Positions 12,843 to 25,384 of a stretch of 64,000 nucleotides of DNA are shown here, piece after piece. The notes below the pieces were generated by a model. It worked only from the letters and a program-made list of their open reading frames with translations. It did not search any database and was not told the DNA's origin. Location of the stretch: the NCBI GenBank assembly GCA_951406725.2, contig OX597833.1, positions 71,734,001 through 71,798,000 of the forward strand, in the 5' to 3' direction. Each line of letters opens with the position of its first letter. Position 1 is the first letter of the stretch. The position numbers and the translations under genes are program-made. This DNA comes from Octopus vulgaris. Its lineage: Eukaryota.

Positions 12843-14063
12843 ACTGTTCTTCCTTTCTACTCGGATTCTTCAACTAAAAATCACAACGTGCGAACTGACG
12901 ATCACAGAATTTCGTTTCTGGCAACGCTTTTGCCTCGTCTTTTTCTTTTTCTGTTCCCCCACCCACCACCACCACCACCCCCTCCCCCGTCTGCCGTTCC
13001 ATGTTTTTCTATTTATTGTTTTAATCACTTAATTCGTTCGTGGGTCAAATGAAAAATAAATAAAAAAACAAAACGAGATTGTTGTATGTACACGTGTGAA
13101 TAGCTAGATATTATTATAGGTATGTGTGTAACTATACGTTTTTGTAAAGGAAAACCAGAAAATATCCATTAGAAGAAGAAGGAGAAGAGGTCTCGCCAGT
13201 GGCGGTTTAACCCTTCCGTCCTTGACTCGGACATGCTAATCTGGTTTACAAAAGATTTCTTGGGGAAAGCTGGGTCAGATGTACTGATTATACAGGTAAT
13301 ACAAGTTAAGTGATCTCCTAATTAAAAGAGTTTTTACAACGTCATTGCAAGACACAAACAATGCTGCCACAGAGTCATTAAAAGGCAGAAACCAAAACAG
13401 GTAATAAGAAAAAAAGAAAAAAAAATAAGAAAAAGAAAAGAAACGAAGGTAAAGATTGTCATTTCGGACTCAAGAGATCAGCTTTGAAATAATTGTGAGA
13501 ACCATGTAAAACTTTCTATAAATTATAAGTACATTTAACATTACTAATCAGCTGACTAATTATTTGTCAATTATTATTCATCTCAGATGCCTCGGTTTAA
13601 ATCAAAAATTCTAAAACTAAAAATAAAAAAAATAAATAAGCGATCAGAGATTCTTCTCATACTTTTAACGGCAGGCATATGCATACACACACACACACAC
13701 ACACACACACATAAATATATATATATATATATACATACATATGTGTACATATCTACATGTATATGTATATATATACATGCATATATGGGTACAGAACATA
13801 AAAAAAAACCTAGACAAAATGAGAAACGAGAATTTAAAAAACACAATCATAGAAAACGAACTCTTTTTTCGAACAACGAAAGAAACAAACAAACAGAAAA
13901 GAGACAAGCAACATAAAGAACATTCCCTTCATCAGTTGTCCCCTGTTTCATCTACTCCGCGTTCGAAGGCAAGGACAAGACGCGACTTCGTTAAAAATCC
14001 TTCCTGCAAAGCAAATTAAATAAAATTTGGGATTTTTTACGGAGGGTTAAAGTGATATATATA

Positions 14064-14504
14064 TAATGAGAGATGGAAGATACGAGAATCTTTATTAATC
14101 ACCACAATCGTTTCAATTCTTCTAGCATGGATCCCTCGCAAGTGGGATACTGTACAACTGGTTTGGGTGCATCCCTAGGTGTAGATGTGTCTCCTCGGGT
14201 GAATTCAAGAGGTATCTCGTTAAAATAAACTCTCTTTCGCACAATTTATTACTGCATGTTTTCCTCTTGGTTTTCGTAGATAGAAATTAAGTGATATTGT
14301 TTCATTCTTATAGAATAAGCTGTGCAAAACACAGTTTATTTTAACGAGATGTCTCTTGAAATCACCTGAGGCAACACATCTACACTGAAGGATGCAGCTA
14401 AACTAGCGGTACTGTATTCCATCTGCGAAGGATCGATGCTAGACGGGTTGAAACACTTGTAGTGATCAATAGATTTTCGTATCTTCCGTCTCTCTCTCAT
14501 TAAT
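14064..14504. mobile_element. Old imperfect fold-back (about 185-bp arms) with degenerate hammerhead motifs, Penelope-like
   Basis: Arms ~14064-14250 and ~14313-14504; right arm ATCAC-CTGAGGC..GAAACACTTGTA-GTGAT (14361-14466). Confidence 0.6.
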
Positions 14505-14587
14505 CAAATACCCAACAAACACCGAGAAGGTTAACTACCACGTCTATATCATACGACTTTTTAACTATTAATATATGCATATATATA

Positions 14588-14992
14588 CTAGCAGTATCGC
14601 CCGCGTTGCTCGGGTTTCTAAGGGAAATAACTATATAAGCATTTTTAGAGAGTTATAGCCAAAAAATAGCAAAAAAATGCATAAAAAATGGAAAAAAAAT
14701 GATGGTAATTTTTTTTTAAATCGTTGACTCATCGTAGACATTTTTAGAGAGTTACTTCCCTTATTTAATAGCGAAAAAAATGCATTAAAATGGAAAAAAA
14801 TTATGGTAAATTTTTTTTAAAATCGTAGACTCATCGTAGACGCGCGCTAATACTCAGAAGGGCTCGATATGAATGACGACTATGAGATACTCGCTTTTGG
14901 TTAAACTGCACCGCAAAATGTGGGAGTAGTTAGGAATCTAAATCGTAGGAGACAGAGTCTCACACACACAACTTCAATTTTATATATAAAGA
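14588..14992 (-). mobile_element. Non-autonomous Helitron, complete
   Basis: Minus strand: A|TCTTTATATATAAA ... CCCGAGCAACGCGGG hairpin ... CTAG|T, no TSD. Confidence 0.85.
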
Positions 14993-15807
14993 TTAGCTTA
15001 TATAAAACTATACTGGTATATTTACTACTTATAAAAAACTGCTTAGATTATAATTTTATTAATATATAATTAGCATGTTCTTTACTCTCAATACTCATTT
15101 ATCTATACCAGTATATACCAATTAATCAATATTCTCAGATACCATCTGATGAGTTAGTATTTAAGTGTGCAATATTAAACTATTTCTGGATAATTTCTTT
15201 TCCTCCCTTTATTGTGATAAAAGTTTGGTATATACTCAAAAGTATTCATAAATTTCTATCCTTTTGTTATAATATTCTTCTTAATAATCCTTTGAATAAC
15301 CCCAAAACTTTAACTGTATACAATATAGCAACATTGTTTAAAATATTTAACTATAGTACCACATGATATGACTTCCCGTTTCATTATCAATGGTCTGCTA
15401 GTGGGCGAGCCCCTTAATTGTCAGCCAACACCGTGTTTTAAGTTTTCCTTTACCAAACCTCATGATGTTGCTTCTAATAAATCTTAATTTTTATGACTAT
15501 ACCAACTATGATGTCTGGCTGCTCTCTCAGCCCTACCCCTAACAGAAACTGCACTCTGTTCTCTCAGCTTTAGACATACAAGGATTTGATAAACTAGTCT
15601 ATGAATTAAAACTGAACCCATAAAAACAAAAAAAATCAGTGACAGGCAGAGTCTGTAACAATGTATATCTTCTTGATAACTTAGTAACTTCTCTGCTGGA
15701 GTGGAGACAGCATGTTCTTTGTCTATCTCCTAAACTTCTTGGAGATTTTAGGTATAATTATACTAATGTGTCCAACTGTTCTAATTTAATTAAGTTCTAT
15801 GTCTTTG

Positions 15808-15894
15808 TGCAGCTGAAGATTGCTCTGCATTTTAAATTGATTTAATGATTGCATTGTTCAATTAAATGGAGTTGCATGAAACGATCGTACTGCA
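15808..15894 (+). ncRNA. Type I hammerhead ribozyme motif, intact core
   Basis: Helix I TGCAG/CTGCA, core CTGAAGA...GAA, palindromic helix III ACGATCGT, GTA cleavage triplet at 15887-15889. Confidence 0.8.
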
Positions 15895-16074
15895 TTACCT
15901 CTGGATATCCTTGTTGCTTATATATAGCAGCACGGATTTTTGTCAGTGAACAGGTCGCGGATTTTAGCGACGAAAATATTTTGACAAATTAAACTTAAAT
16001 GTTGAAGTGAATCGAACGGCTTTTGTGTGTTTCTTAAATGGCTTATAAACACCTTCCACGCTGCAATTGTGTTG

Positions 16075-16106
<32 letters not shown>

Positions 16107-16111
<5 letters not shown>

Positions 16112-16596
16112 AAATAAGAAAATGGAGAAATACATCTAAATTAAATATCAATTACCAGATAGTACTCAATCACATACTTTATTAAACCACCACATAAGAG
16201 ACTGTAGGGTTAAACATAAAAAAGCAGAACAAATCAGTGTACATAAAGGAATGTACATAAAAAAGTGTACATAAAAGAGTGATGTTGTATAATAAGTAGA
16301 ATATGTATAAGAGAATATGAATATAAATAAATATAAATAAATATAAATATAAATATATTAATATTTATATTTATTTATATTTATATTCTCTTTTATATAT
16401 ATTCTACTTATTGTATAACATTACTCTTTTATGTACACTTTTTTATGTACACTCCTTTAGGTACACTGTTTTGCTCTGCTTTTTTATGTTTAACCCTATA
16501 GTTTCTTATGTAATGGTTTAATAAAGTATGTGATTGAGTACTATCTGGTAATTGATATTTGATTTCGATGTATTTCTCCATTTTCTTATTTTGTAT
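16107..16596. repeat. About 490-bp near-perfect palindrome (AT-rich fold-back)
   Basis: ATACAAAATAAGAAAATGGAGAAATACATC.. mirrored by ..GATGTATTTCTCCATTTTCTTATTTTGTAT; about 15 substitutions between arms by manual alignment. Confidence 0.9.
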
Positions 16597-16767
16597 TATG
16601 AATTTGTGGTAAAACATTTTACCTTTGCCCATATAATACAGTAAATGAATTGATTGCATCGCAATCCTTAACATTTATGTATTAACCTTGTTGGGTACTT
16701 CACTAGCAGTATATTGGATATATGTTATCCCATGGAGGGTTGCATTTACAACCCCTATCTCAATTTG

Positions 16768-16812
<45 letters not shown>

Positions 16813-16878
16813 AGAGTGTGGACAAATCCCAAGCTAACACACACACACACACACATATATATACATATACATATATAC

Positions 16879-17990
16879 GTTAGCTTGGAGTTTGTCCACA
16901 CTCTTGGCGTGAGGCGAGCGAATGTTGTGGATGCCTTCCCGATCCTCTCGTCTATCTCAGCATCAAGGGAGAGGTTATCGGTGATAGTGGAACCAAGGTA
17001 CATAAAATGGTGGACAACCTCAAGCTCATAGTTGTCGATGGTGATGACAGGTGGTGCCGGTGTGTCTTGACCCATAACGTTTGTCTTCTTCAGACTGATA
17101 GTCATCCCGAAGTTTTTGCAGGCCTGGGCCAAGCAATCCACCAGCAGCTGCAGTTCCCTCTGAGTGTGAGTCGCAACTGCAGCGGCATCAGCGAACAGCA
17201 TGTCTCTAACGAGGACTTCACAGACCTTTGTCCTCACTTTTAGGCGAGCAAGATTGAACAGCCTACCATCCGATCAGGTCAGTAAGTATATTCCCGCTTG
17301 TATATTCAAGCTAACATTGAAAACGAAAATGGCTGTGTACAGTACTTAAGTCCTCAGCACCCTGCTATACGGCAGCAAGACATGGGCCGCATACGGCCGC
17401 CAGGAGAAACGGCTTAACACCTTCCACCTCAGAAGCCTCCGAGGCATACTCGGCATCCCCTGGCAAGACAAAGTAACCAATACTGACGTTCTGTCTCGTG
17501 CTGGCCTCCCCACCTTGCTCACATTGCTAAGACAGTGTCGGCTGCGCTGGCTTGGCCACGTTCGCCGTATGGAGGATGGTCGGATCCTAAAAGATGTCCT
17601 CTTCGGAGAGCTTGTCGCAGGGCGGGGAAACATTGGCCGCCCGAAGCTGAGGTACAGGAATGTGTGCAGGAAGGATATGAAGGCATTTGGCATCAACACC
17701 AATTCCTGGGAGGATCTCGCGGCCGACCGAACCAGCTGGAGAGGAACTCTTCACAAACAACTGCAGACGGGCGAAGAGAATTTGAGGGTGGCAGCAGCTG
17801 AAGACCGAGCCCGCAGAAAAGAAATGACAGCCAACAGACCGGATTCAACGTAAAGGTGTGACCTCTTTAAACGAGATTGCCACTCACGCATCAATCTCTA
17901 CCGCCACAGGAGGCGTTACAAAAACTGAAAAGACAACTCAACGGATGGATGACATCATCCATGATCAGCCATGACCAACGGAAACACCCC
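16879..17990 (+). mobile_element. RTE (BovB-like) LINE fragment with 5' inversion
   Basis: Minus 17298-16879 encodes RT (DMLFADA..YLGS..RIGKAS..RVWTNSKLT); plus from ~17306 continues KLTLKTK..LRWLGHVRRMEDGR..GRPKLRY. Confidence 0.9.
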
Positions 17991-18479
17991 CATACATATA
18001 TATATATATATATATACAGGTATTTCAATGCAAACAGGAAATTTGTTTGTATGAACATATTCATGTGTACTCTAATGAAACTGAAAACGTTCACAACTGT
18101 CACATTGCCTTCAAAGATCAAATTTTCCCATCAAACGTTATTCAATTTTATGAGAAATTTGTTCATAATTCCTTGTAACACCCTTCCTCTCCTTTAAGCT
18201 TCAGCAATTAAGACTTACTTTTTACACTTTTCCTACAGCGGTTTCTGTTTTAAACCTTCAGCTTTCTCTTAGGTAAAATTATTTTATTTGGCTTTTCCCT
18301 GAGTAAGGGAGAATATAATGATTCAACGTCACTTATACTACACACTACATCAGCATTTACCTAAATATTGTATGTATGTATGTTTCTGCCGGGGTCTCTT
18401 TCCACTCACATGTTCCCCATATAGCATCTGTTTAGGGATCCTGCTATCCTTCATTCTAATAAAGGGTCCAGTCTAACGT

Positions 18480-18830
18480 AACCGATGCCTGTGCACCCCC
18501 TCTCCTGGCAGAGACCCCAGCAGAAACCAAGGCTGCGATTTAAAGAGTGCGTCAAGTCCTCATCAAAGGCCTGTGATATGCAGGAGACTGACAGGGAGAG
18601 CAATGCCTGTCATCGCCATAGATGGAGGAAGCAGGTTAAGGAGGGGGTCAACACCTTTGAGGGAGCACGTATTCTGCGTGAAGAATTTCAGGGTGCTGCT
18701 CAAAAGTGCACTGCTGGTGGAGTGAATGGGGAAAGCTTACTTTGCAATGTTTGCCGTCGTCTGTGCTTGTCAAGAGCAGGGCTCATCAGCCACCAAAGGA
18801 GCCGCAAATGCAAAACATAAGTTAGTCCTC
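18480..18830 (+). mobile_element. RTE LINE 3' fragment
   Basis: KPRLRFKECVK..R.RWRK..CNVCRRLCLSRAGLISHQRS C-terminal zinc-finger-like end of RTE ORFs. Confidence 0.75.
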
Positions 18831-19394
18831 GAGCGCACAATGTTCCTAGTAAAGATATATCTTCATCTTATAACTTGAATACCTGTATATGTAACATCTC
18901 ATATAAACGAATTGCTACCACTCAGAATTATTTGTCCATCTTTCGTCCATTTATTATTCAGACGAGCTCTGCCTGTTAAATCCAGCTCCTTTTATTTCGG
19001 ACTATTTTACTCTGAGTCGGAAGAAGTTGGAATCTAATAGTCTCACCAGTCTGAGCACTAATTCGCTGTGCGTCTATTCCGCATTATAATCCACCTCAAG
19101 AAATTCCCTCTGACCTATGAAGACATGGAAAGTGGACGATGATGATGATGATGATGATGATGACGACAATGATGTTGATGATGATGATGATGATGATAAA
19201 AATTACTCTTGAATTCTATGTTTTAAAGACACTTTTAAATACTTTGAATAAGTAATTACAATTGGTGTTTCTAAAATTCCCAACTTGCTGAAAACCTTGG
19301 GCAAGTGTCTTCCCCCATAGCCTTGGATTGATCAACACCTTCTGAATGCATTTGGTTGATGGAAACTAAAAAGAAGCCTTTCATATTCTTTTGT

Positions 19395-20160
19395 TCTTTT
19401 ATTCTTTTACTTGCTTCAGTCATTTGACTGCAGCCATGCTGGAGCACCGCCCTTAGTCAAACAAATCGACCCGGGACTTATTATATCGGTCTCTTTGCAG
19501 AACCGCTAAGTTACGGGTACGTAAACACACCAACATCGGTTGTCAAGCGATGGTGGGGGGACAAACATACACAAATATACACACACACACATACAATATA
19601 AATAATATATAAATATATGCATATACACATACATATATAAGTACATACCTACATATATATGTATATATATACATGCATATATGTATGTATATGTATATAT
19701 ATAGTGTTGGTGGCACATAAAATCACCCACTACACTCTTGTAGTGTTTGGCGTTAGGAAGGGCATCCAGCTGTAGAAACACTGCCAGATCAGATTGGAGC
19801 CTGGTGCAGCCTTCGGGCTTGCCAGACCCCAGTTGAACCATCCAACCCATGCCAGCATGGAAAGCGGACGTTAAACGATGATGATGATGATATGGGTACA
19901 GGACATCAGAAAAAATGTAGACACAATGAGAAACGAAAACAGAAAAAACAAAAACATAGAAAACGAACTTTTTTTCGAACAACGAAAAAAACAAACAGAG
20001 AAACGAGACATATACGAGGGGCTTCTTTCAGTTTCTCCACTCACAAGGCTTTGGTCGGCCCGAGGCTATAGTAGAAGACACTTGCCCAAGGTGTTGTGCA
20101 GTGGGACTGAACCCAGAACCAGGTAGTTGGGAAACAAGCGTCTTACTCCTGAGCCACACC
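19395..20160 (-). mobile_element. SINE family A interrupted by an RTE 3'-tail element and other repeat fragments
   Basis: 3' half 19400-19590 and 5' half 20012-20160, with nested inserts in the internal microsatellite. Confidence 0.75.
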
Positions 20161-20678
20161 TATGTATATTTGTGTGTGTGTGTGTGTGTGTTATAATCTC
20201 TTTGCTTTGCCGTTGCATGGTAGCTGTAAACAAGTGTCCCTGTTATACAAGCAGTGTCTTTCTTCTGAAACATGTCTGGTTGCGGGGAAATATTACCTAA
20301 TTTGGAAAGAAGAGAGGGTTGGCAACAGGAAGGGCATCCAGATGTAGAAAATCTGCCTTAACATGGTGGTGGTGGTGATGGTTTTTGGTGGCGGTGGTGG
20401 TGGTGGTGGTGGTTGTGGTGGCTTTAGTCATGGTGGTGGTTGTGGTGGTGGTGGTGTTGCTGCTGATGGTTGAAGCCACTGTAGCCCTGAGTCTCTTGTC
20501 TTTTACTCGGATGCATCTTTTGGACGAAATAATGGATTGTGTCTTCACATTGGTTTAGAAGGAAGTCATGCAGTTTGAAAGCGAATTCAGTTGCTATTTC
20601 TAGCAAGCTGAGGGAACCATGTAGATGCTGCCATTGTTGGTTTGAAGTGAGGAACAGAGTTCAGAGGTTTAGACAGCT

Positions 20679-20733
<55 letters not shown>

Positions 20734-21184
20734 TGGCCCTCACAACATTACTATAGGAGAGAGGGGGGGAGGGGGAGGAGAAAGAGAGACAGTATAGAGG
20801 AGAGAGAGAGAGAAAGAGGGGCAAAGGGGTGAGAGAGATGTGAGAAAGGAAAGAGAGAGAGAGAGAGGTGAGAGGGGGGCGATAATTAATGAGATTTTCC
20901 CAGTTTAATTGAAACTTTGTTTGTGTTTCTTATCAAGATTACAAACAATGAAAGCAAAACGGTTTGACCTCTCAGATTTAAATACTTTGACCCAACCCAG
21001 TCAAAGAACCTCAGCATGGTGCCTTGACATGCTAGATATAACAGCCAAATCTTATTCAAATCATATATTTTCATCTCTAAAATATGAAAGACACATTGGA
21101 TAATGTAGTCCTACTTGATCCATACTTTAAAAATGACGTCAGCTGGAACACGACCAAGCTGGAGTCAGACAAGAACAGGAATAT

Positions 21185-21395
21185 CCCTTTCGTTACTGTA
21201 TTTCTGTTGAGATGCTCTGTGTTTCCTTCAATTACTTTAAATATAACAAAGAATTTAGTAAAATAACTTAGTTATCATGAAGCTGGAGTTAGGAACATAA
21301 ATTGTGACTAAGGTTTGGTGGAGGATTTTAATTCCAAACTTATGAAAACAAGACATTTGTATTACAGAGCCAGAGCCGGGTTGGTAACGAAAGGG
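21185..21395. mobile_element. piggyBac-like MITE (same family, opposite orientation), ATAT flanks
   Basis: ATAT|CCCTTTCGTTAC..GTAACGAAAGGG|ATAT. Confidence 0.85.
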
Positions 21396-21826
21396 ATATA
21401 CTTCCTACAGATGGGTTCATTTTATTTATCCACACCTTCTGTGCCCCACCCTCACCCCTTATTAATCACTTCCATTCAATATATGAACAACAACAATTTA
21501 CCAGTTGGAATGTGTGTGTGTGTGTGTGAAATTTTGATTGTGACATTATTTTCCAACAAGTTTTTCTCCTTCCAAAAGTCGTCACACAACTTCGACAAAA
21601 CAGGTGGATTCCGGCTGGGATGATCTTTGTGGCTGATAAAGGACAACCGGATTATTGTTCAATAAATCAGAGCACTTCCTCGAATCTCATTATTCATTTT
21701 GGAGAGTCATCTGATAACATTATTTCATAATTAGTTTTATTAATTAGGGTGACGTGTTTAATAAACATATAATCAGGTTTCTTTGAATTTTACACTAATT
21801 TTATTTCTTTTTCCATCTCCTCCTAC

Positions 21827-22215
21827 GGTGGAAGCACTCCGTCAGTTACAACGACAAGGGTTCCGGTTGATCCGAATCAACGGAACAGCCTGCTCGTGAA
21901 ATTAACGTGTAAGTGGCTGAGCACTCCACAGACACGTGTACCCTTAACGTAGTTCTCGGGGATATTCAGCGTGACACAGAGAGTGACAAGGCCGGCCCTT
22001 TGCAGTACAGGTATAACAGAAACAGGAAGTAAGAGTGAGAGAAAGTTGTGGTGAAAGAGTACAGCAGGGATCACCACCATCCCCTGCCGGAGCCTCGTGG
22101 AGCTTTTAGGTGTTTTCGCTCAATAAACACTCACAACGCCCGGTCTGGGAATCGAAATCGCGATCCTATGACCGCGAGTCCGCTGCCCTAACCACTGGGC
22201 CATTGCGCCTCCACA
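21827..22215 (-). mobile_element. tRNA-derived SINE family C with 12-bp TSD
   Basis: Head GGCGCAATGGCCCAGTGGTTAGG..TTCGATTCC; TSD ATCTCCTCCTAC at 21815-21826 and 22216-22227. Confidence 0.9.
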
Positions 22216-22429
22216 ATCTCCTCCTACATACACCCACCTACCCACCCACCAGTTATTCTCATCTGTTCCTCTATAATGTGAACAGAAACAAAACTCTACG
22301 GCAAAGGAACCTGTTTAATTCTGGACCCTTTTTATATTCTAACCCGTTTTGTTCAGTCGAAGGGGATTTTAGTCTTGTGGGCTGCATGGCAACTGCAAAA
22401 CAAAAAAGGGGAAAATCCCAGTTCTCCTT

Positions 22430-25200
22430 GTAAAGTGGTTGGTGCTAGTAAGGGCATCCAGCTGTAGGGACCATGCCAAAGAAGGGCATCCCTGTGTAAG
22501 GACCTAGCCAAAACTGAGACACTGCAGCATGATCCAGTTCTTCGATCCATCAGGTCCCATCAAACCACCCAACCATTTCTCCCAGGGCCCTTATACTGTT
22601 GTGTATGCTCACTGACATTACACATCCAGCAGAGCATACTAGCTTTGTTCCTTTCAACCTTACGCATGTCCTCAGCAGTCACGGCCCATGTTCCACAGCC
22701 ATGTAGCATGGCTGTTTGCACACATGTATCATACAATCTACCTTTCACTCTGAGTGAGAGGCTCTTTGTTGCCAGCAGATATTGGAGCTTTCTGAACTTT
22801 GCCCAGGCTATTCTTATTCTAGTGACTAAGTGCTCAGAGCATCCACCCTCACTGCAGACTTAGTCACCAAGGTAGCAGAAGCTATCAACTACTTCTAGAT
22901 TCTCCCTCTGGCATCTGATGGAATTTATTTTCTGTATATCTTTTGTGTTTATTGCTCCTGTGCATCTTCCCATGTTAGCCTCCCTTTGATATTGTTGCAC
23001 CTCTTATGTGTCCAAAGCTTACACTGGGTACATCTTATGGAGTTTCTACTCCTGTCTTTTCTACAGATCGAGCAGGGCCATCTACTTGAGGGGGTTTGTG
23101 ATTTGTCTGCCTTCCTATTTACAAGTTTTGCTTTTTAGTTTTTGCTAGATTGACTCCTAAGGCTCTTTGATTCTAGACCTTTCCTCCACACTTGAAACTT
23201 CATCTCTAGTTCTGGTAGTGACTCAACTACTAGAGCAAGGTCATCAACATAGAGGAGCTCCCAGGGGCAGCCTGTCTTGAATTCCTCTGTTATTGCCTGG
23301 AGGACTATGATGAATAAGAGGGGTCTAAGGACTGATACTTGGTGAACCCCTACTTCTACCTGGAATTCTTCACTATATTCATTGCCAACCCTCACCTTAC
23401 TGACAGCATTACTATACAGGACTTGTACTGCTCTTACCAACCACTCATCTATCCCTAGTTTTTGTATTGGCCACAAGATAAGGGATGGAGGTCCCTGTCA
23501 AAGGCTTTCCCCAAGTAAACAAAAGCCAATTACAGGGGTTTATTTTTCCTGCAGTTGCCTTACCAGAAATATAGCAACAATGGTGCTTCTACCTGGCACA
23601 AAATCAAACTGCATCTCATCCAAGCAGACTCTCTCCCTAATTAGCTGGGCTATGACCCTCTCCATGACTTTCATCACCTGACCTTTGTAGCAGTTGACCT
23701 ACACCAGTCATTGGGTATGCCTCCTTCGTGAACTACCTGGTTTACAATACGGGTGACTAGACCATAACCCAAACTGCCAGATATATTAAGCATCTCAGCG
23801 GTCATTCCTGAAGGGCCAGGAGCTTTCCCTGTCTTCATATCCGTCACTGCTTTATCTACCAGGGTACTGTCGATTGGGTAGCTGGTCCCTCTATAGGGTC
23901 AACCTTTGGCAGACTTTCCTCCTCCCATTCATTCTCTACATTTAGCAGCCTTTCATAATGGCATTTCCAAGCCTCTTTCTTTGCAGAATCCCTATATCCC
24001 AGTGCACCATAATCCATGCGGACACATTTATCTTCTATGACATCACAATTCTCTCTCACACACTCCCTTGCAATCTGGAATACCCCTGTTTCCTAACCTC
24101 CCTCCTGGCTATCTGATACAGTTCCCTGCTTCCCCCACTCTTCCAGGTTTTCCAGGCCTGTTTCTTTGCTCTAATGATCCTGTCTACAGTATTATTCCAC
24201 CACCATGTTACCCTAGAAGGGACTTTGCACCAGCCACAGATTTGGTCTGTGGTGTTCAGTAAGCTGTCACGCAGGAAGTTTCCCTTTATGTCACAAGTCT
24301 GTAGCACCTCCTCCCTCTCATCAAATTTCTTAATGCTGATGTCCCTAAATCTCTGACCATGTGAAGAGTTCTTAAGCTTCCAAATCCTTCTTTTCTGGAT
24401 TGGTCAGCTTCTTGTCAGTCTTCTGACCTTAAGTCTAAAGTCACTAATGACTAGTCTATGCTTGGGGATACATTCTTCACCAGGGAGGGTCATTGTATTT
24501 ACGAGCAGCCCTGCATCCCGCTGTTTGGTGAGGATTAAATCAATCTGGCTAGCAGAGTCGCTTGATTGATCGGTTATCAGGTGGCTGTCTGGCTTCCTGA
24601 AGTTGGTGTTGCAGATTAATAGGTTGCTTGCATCACAGAACTCCAGTAGCCTAGTTCCCTTTTCGTTTTGGGAACCAATTCCACGCCCACCCCCATGAAC
24701 ACCAAGGAAGATACCAGATTGCTGTTCAACACGCCCATTAAAATCTCCAACCACAAAGATGAGGTCATTGTCACTTATCTTTGAGGTAGCCTGTAGAAGG
24801 GTGTCATAAAAGTGGTCCTTCTTTTCATTTAGTAGGCCCACTTGCGAGGCACAGGCGGAGATAATTGTAGTTCTGCTATTCTGCAAGATTATCCTGAGCT
24901 TAAGCACTCTATCGCACACCCTGATTACCTCTATGACCTTATCTACCCATTTCTCTGCAAGGAGTATGCCTACACCAACTACTCTGTCACTGTTACCTTC
25001 TCAGAAGATTTTATACCTATGTGCCTTGCCTGTGAGGACCCTGGCTGAAGCTCCTCTCCACCTTACCTCTTGTATGCAGCATACATCAACATGTCTCCAT
25101 TCAAGCATCTCTACAATCTCAGTAGACCTACCTTTCAATGTGCCTACATTGACAGTGCCAACTCTAAAAACTGGGAAAGGGATGTGAGAGGAAACATGGG
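22430..25200 (-). mobile_element. Degenerate, internally deleted RTE-clade LINE (APE endonuclease + RT)
   Basis: GTVNVGTL, IQEVRW, GDFNG, QIDLIL, HRLV (APE); VGVHQ.SVL.PLLF, WELLYVDDL (RT); KGRLYDTCV..MLHG..W; many frameshifts. Confidence 0.92.
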
Positions 25201-25384
25201 AAGGAGAGATGTTATTCAGCACCCGAAAAGAAGGTTTCTGTGTTTGTCTGATAGACATGTTACACCAGTTGATCTCACCTTCAACCTATCATCATTCAAA
25301 CCTTCAAGCATGTTAAAATTGTTGCCCCTACTGGAGGTAAGAGTAAGTGTTAGCAACATTGTAGGTATAAGCGTTATATATATA

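Noticed and set aside
13850-13945. CTGATGA hammerhead half on the minus strand in a Penelope-like repeat
   Set aside because: No matching GAAA/helix III/helix I partner found; truncated by a microsatellite.
15140-15250. CTGATGAG motif (similar weak cases near 51880 and 57510)
   Set aside because: No convincing GAAA-NUH and helix I closure.
22130-22213. tRNA-like sequence on the minus strand
   Set aside because: It is the head of a TSD-flanked SINE, duplicated at ~55185-55265, not a tRNA gene.
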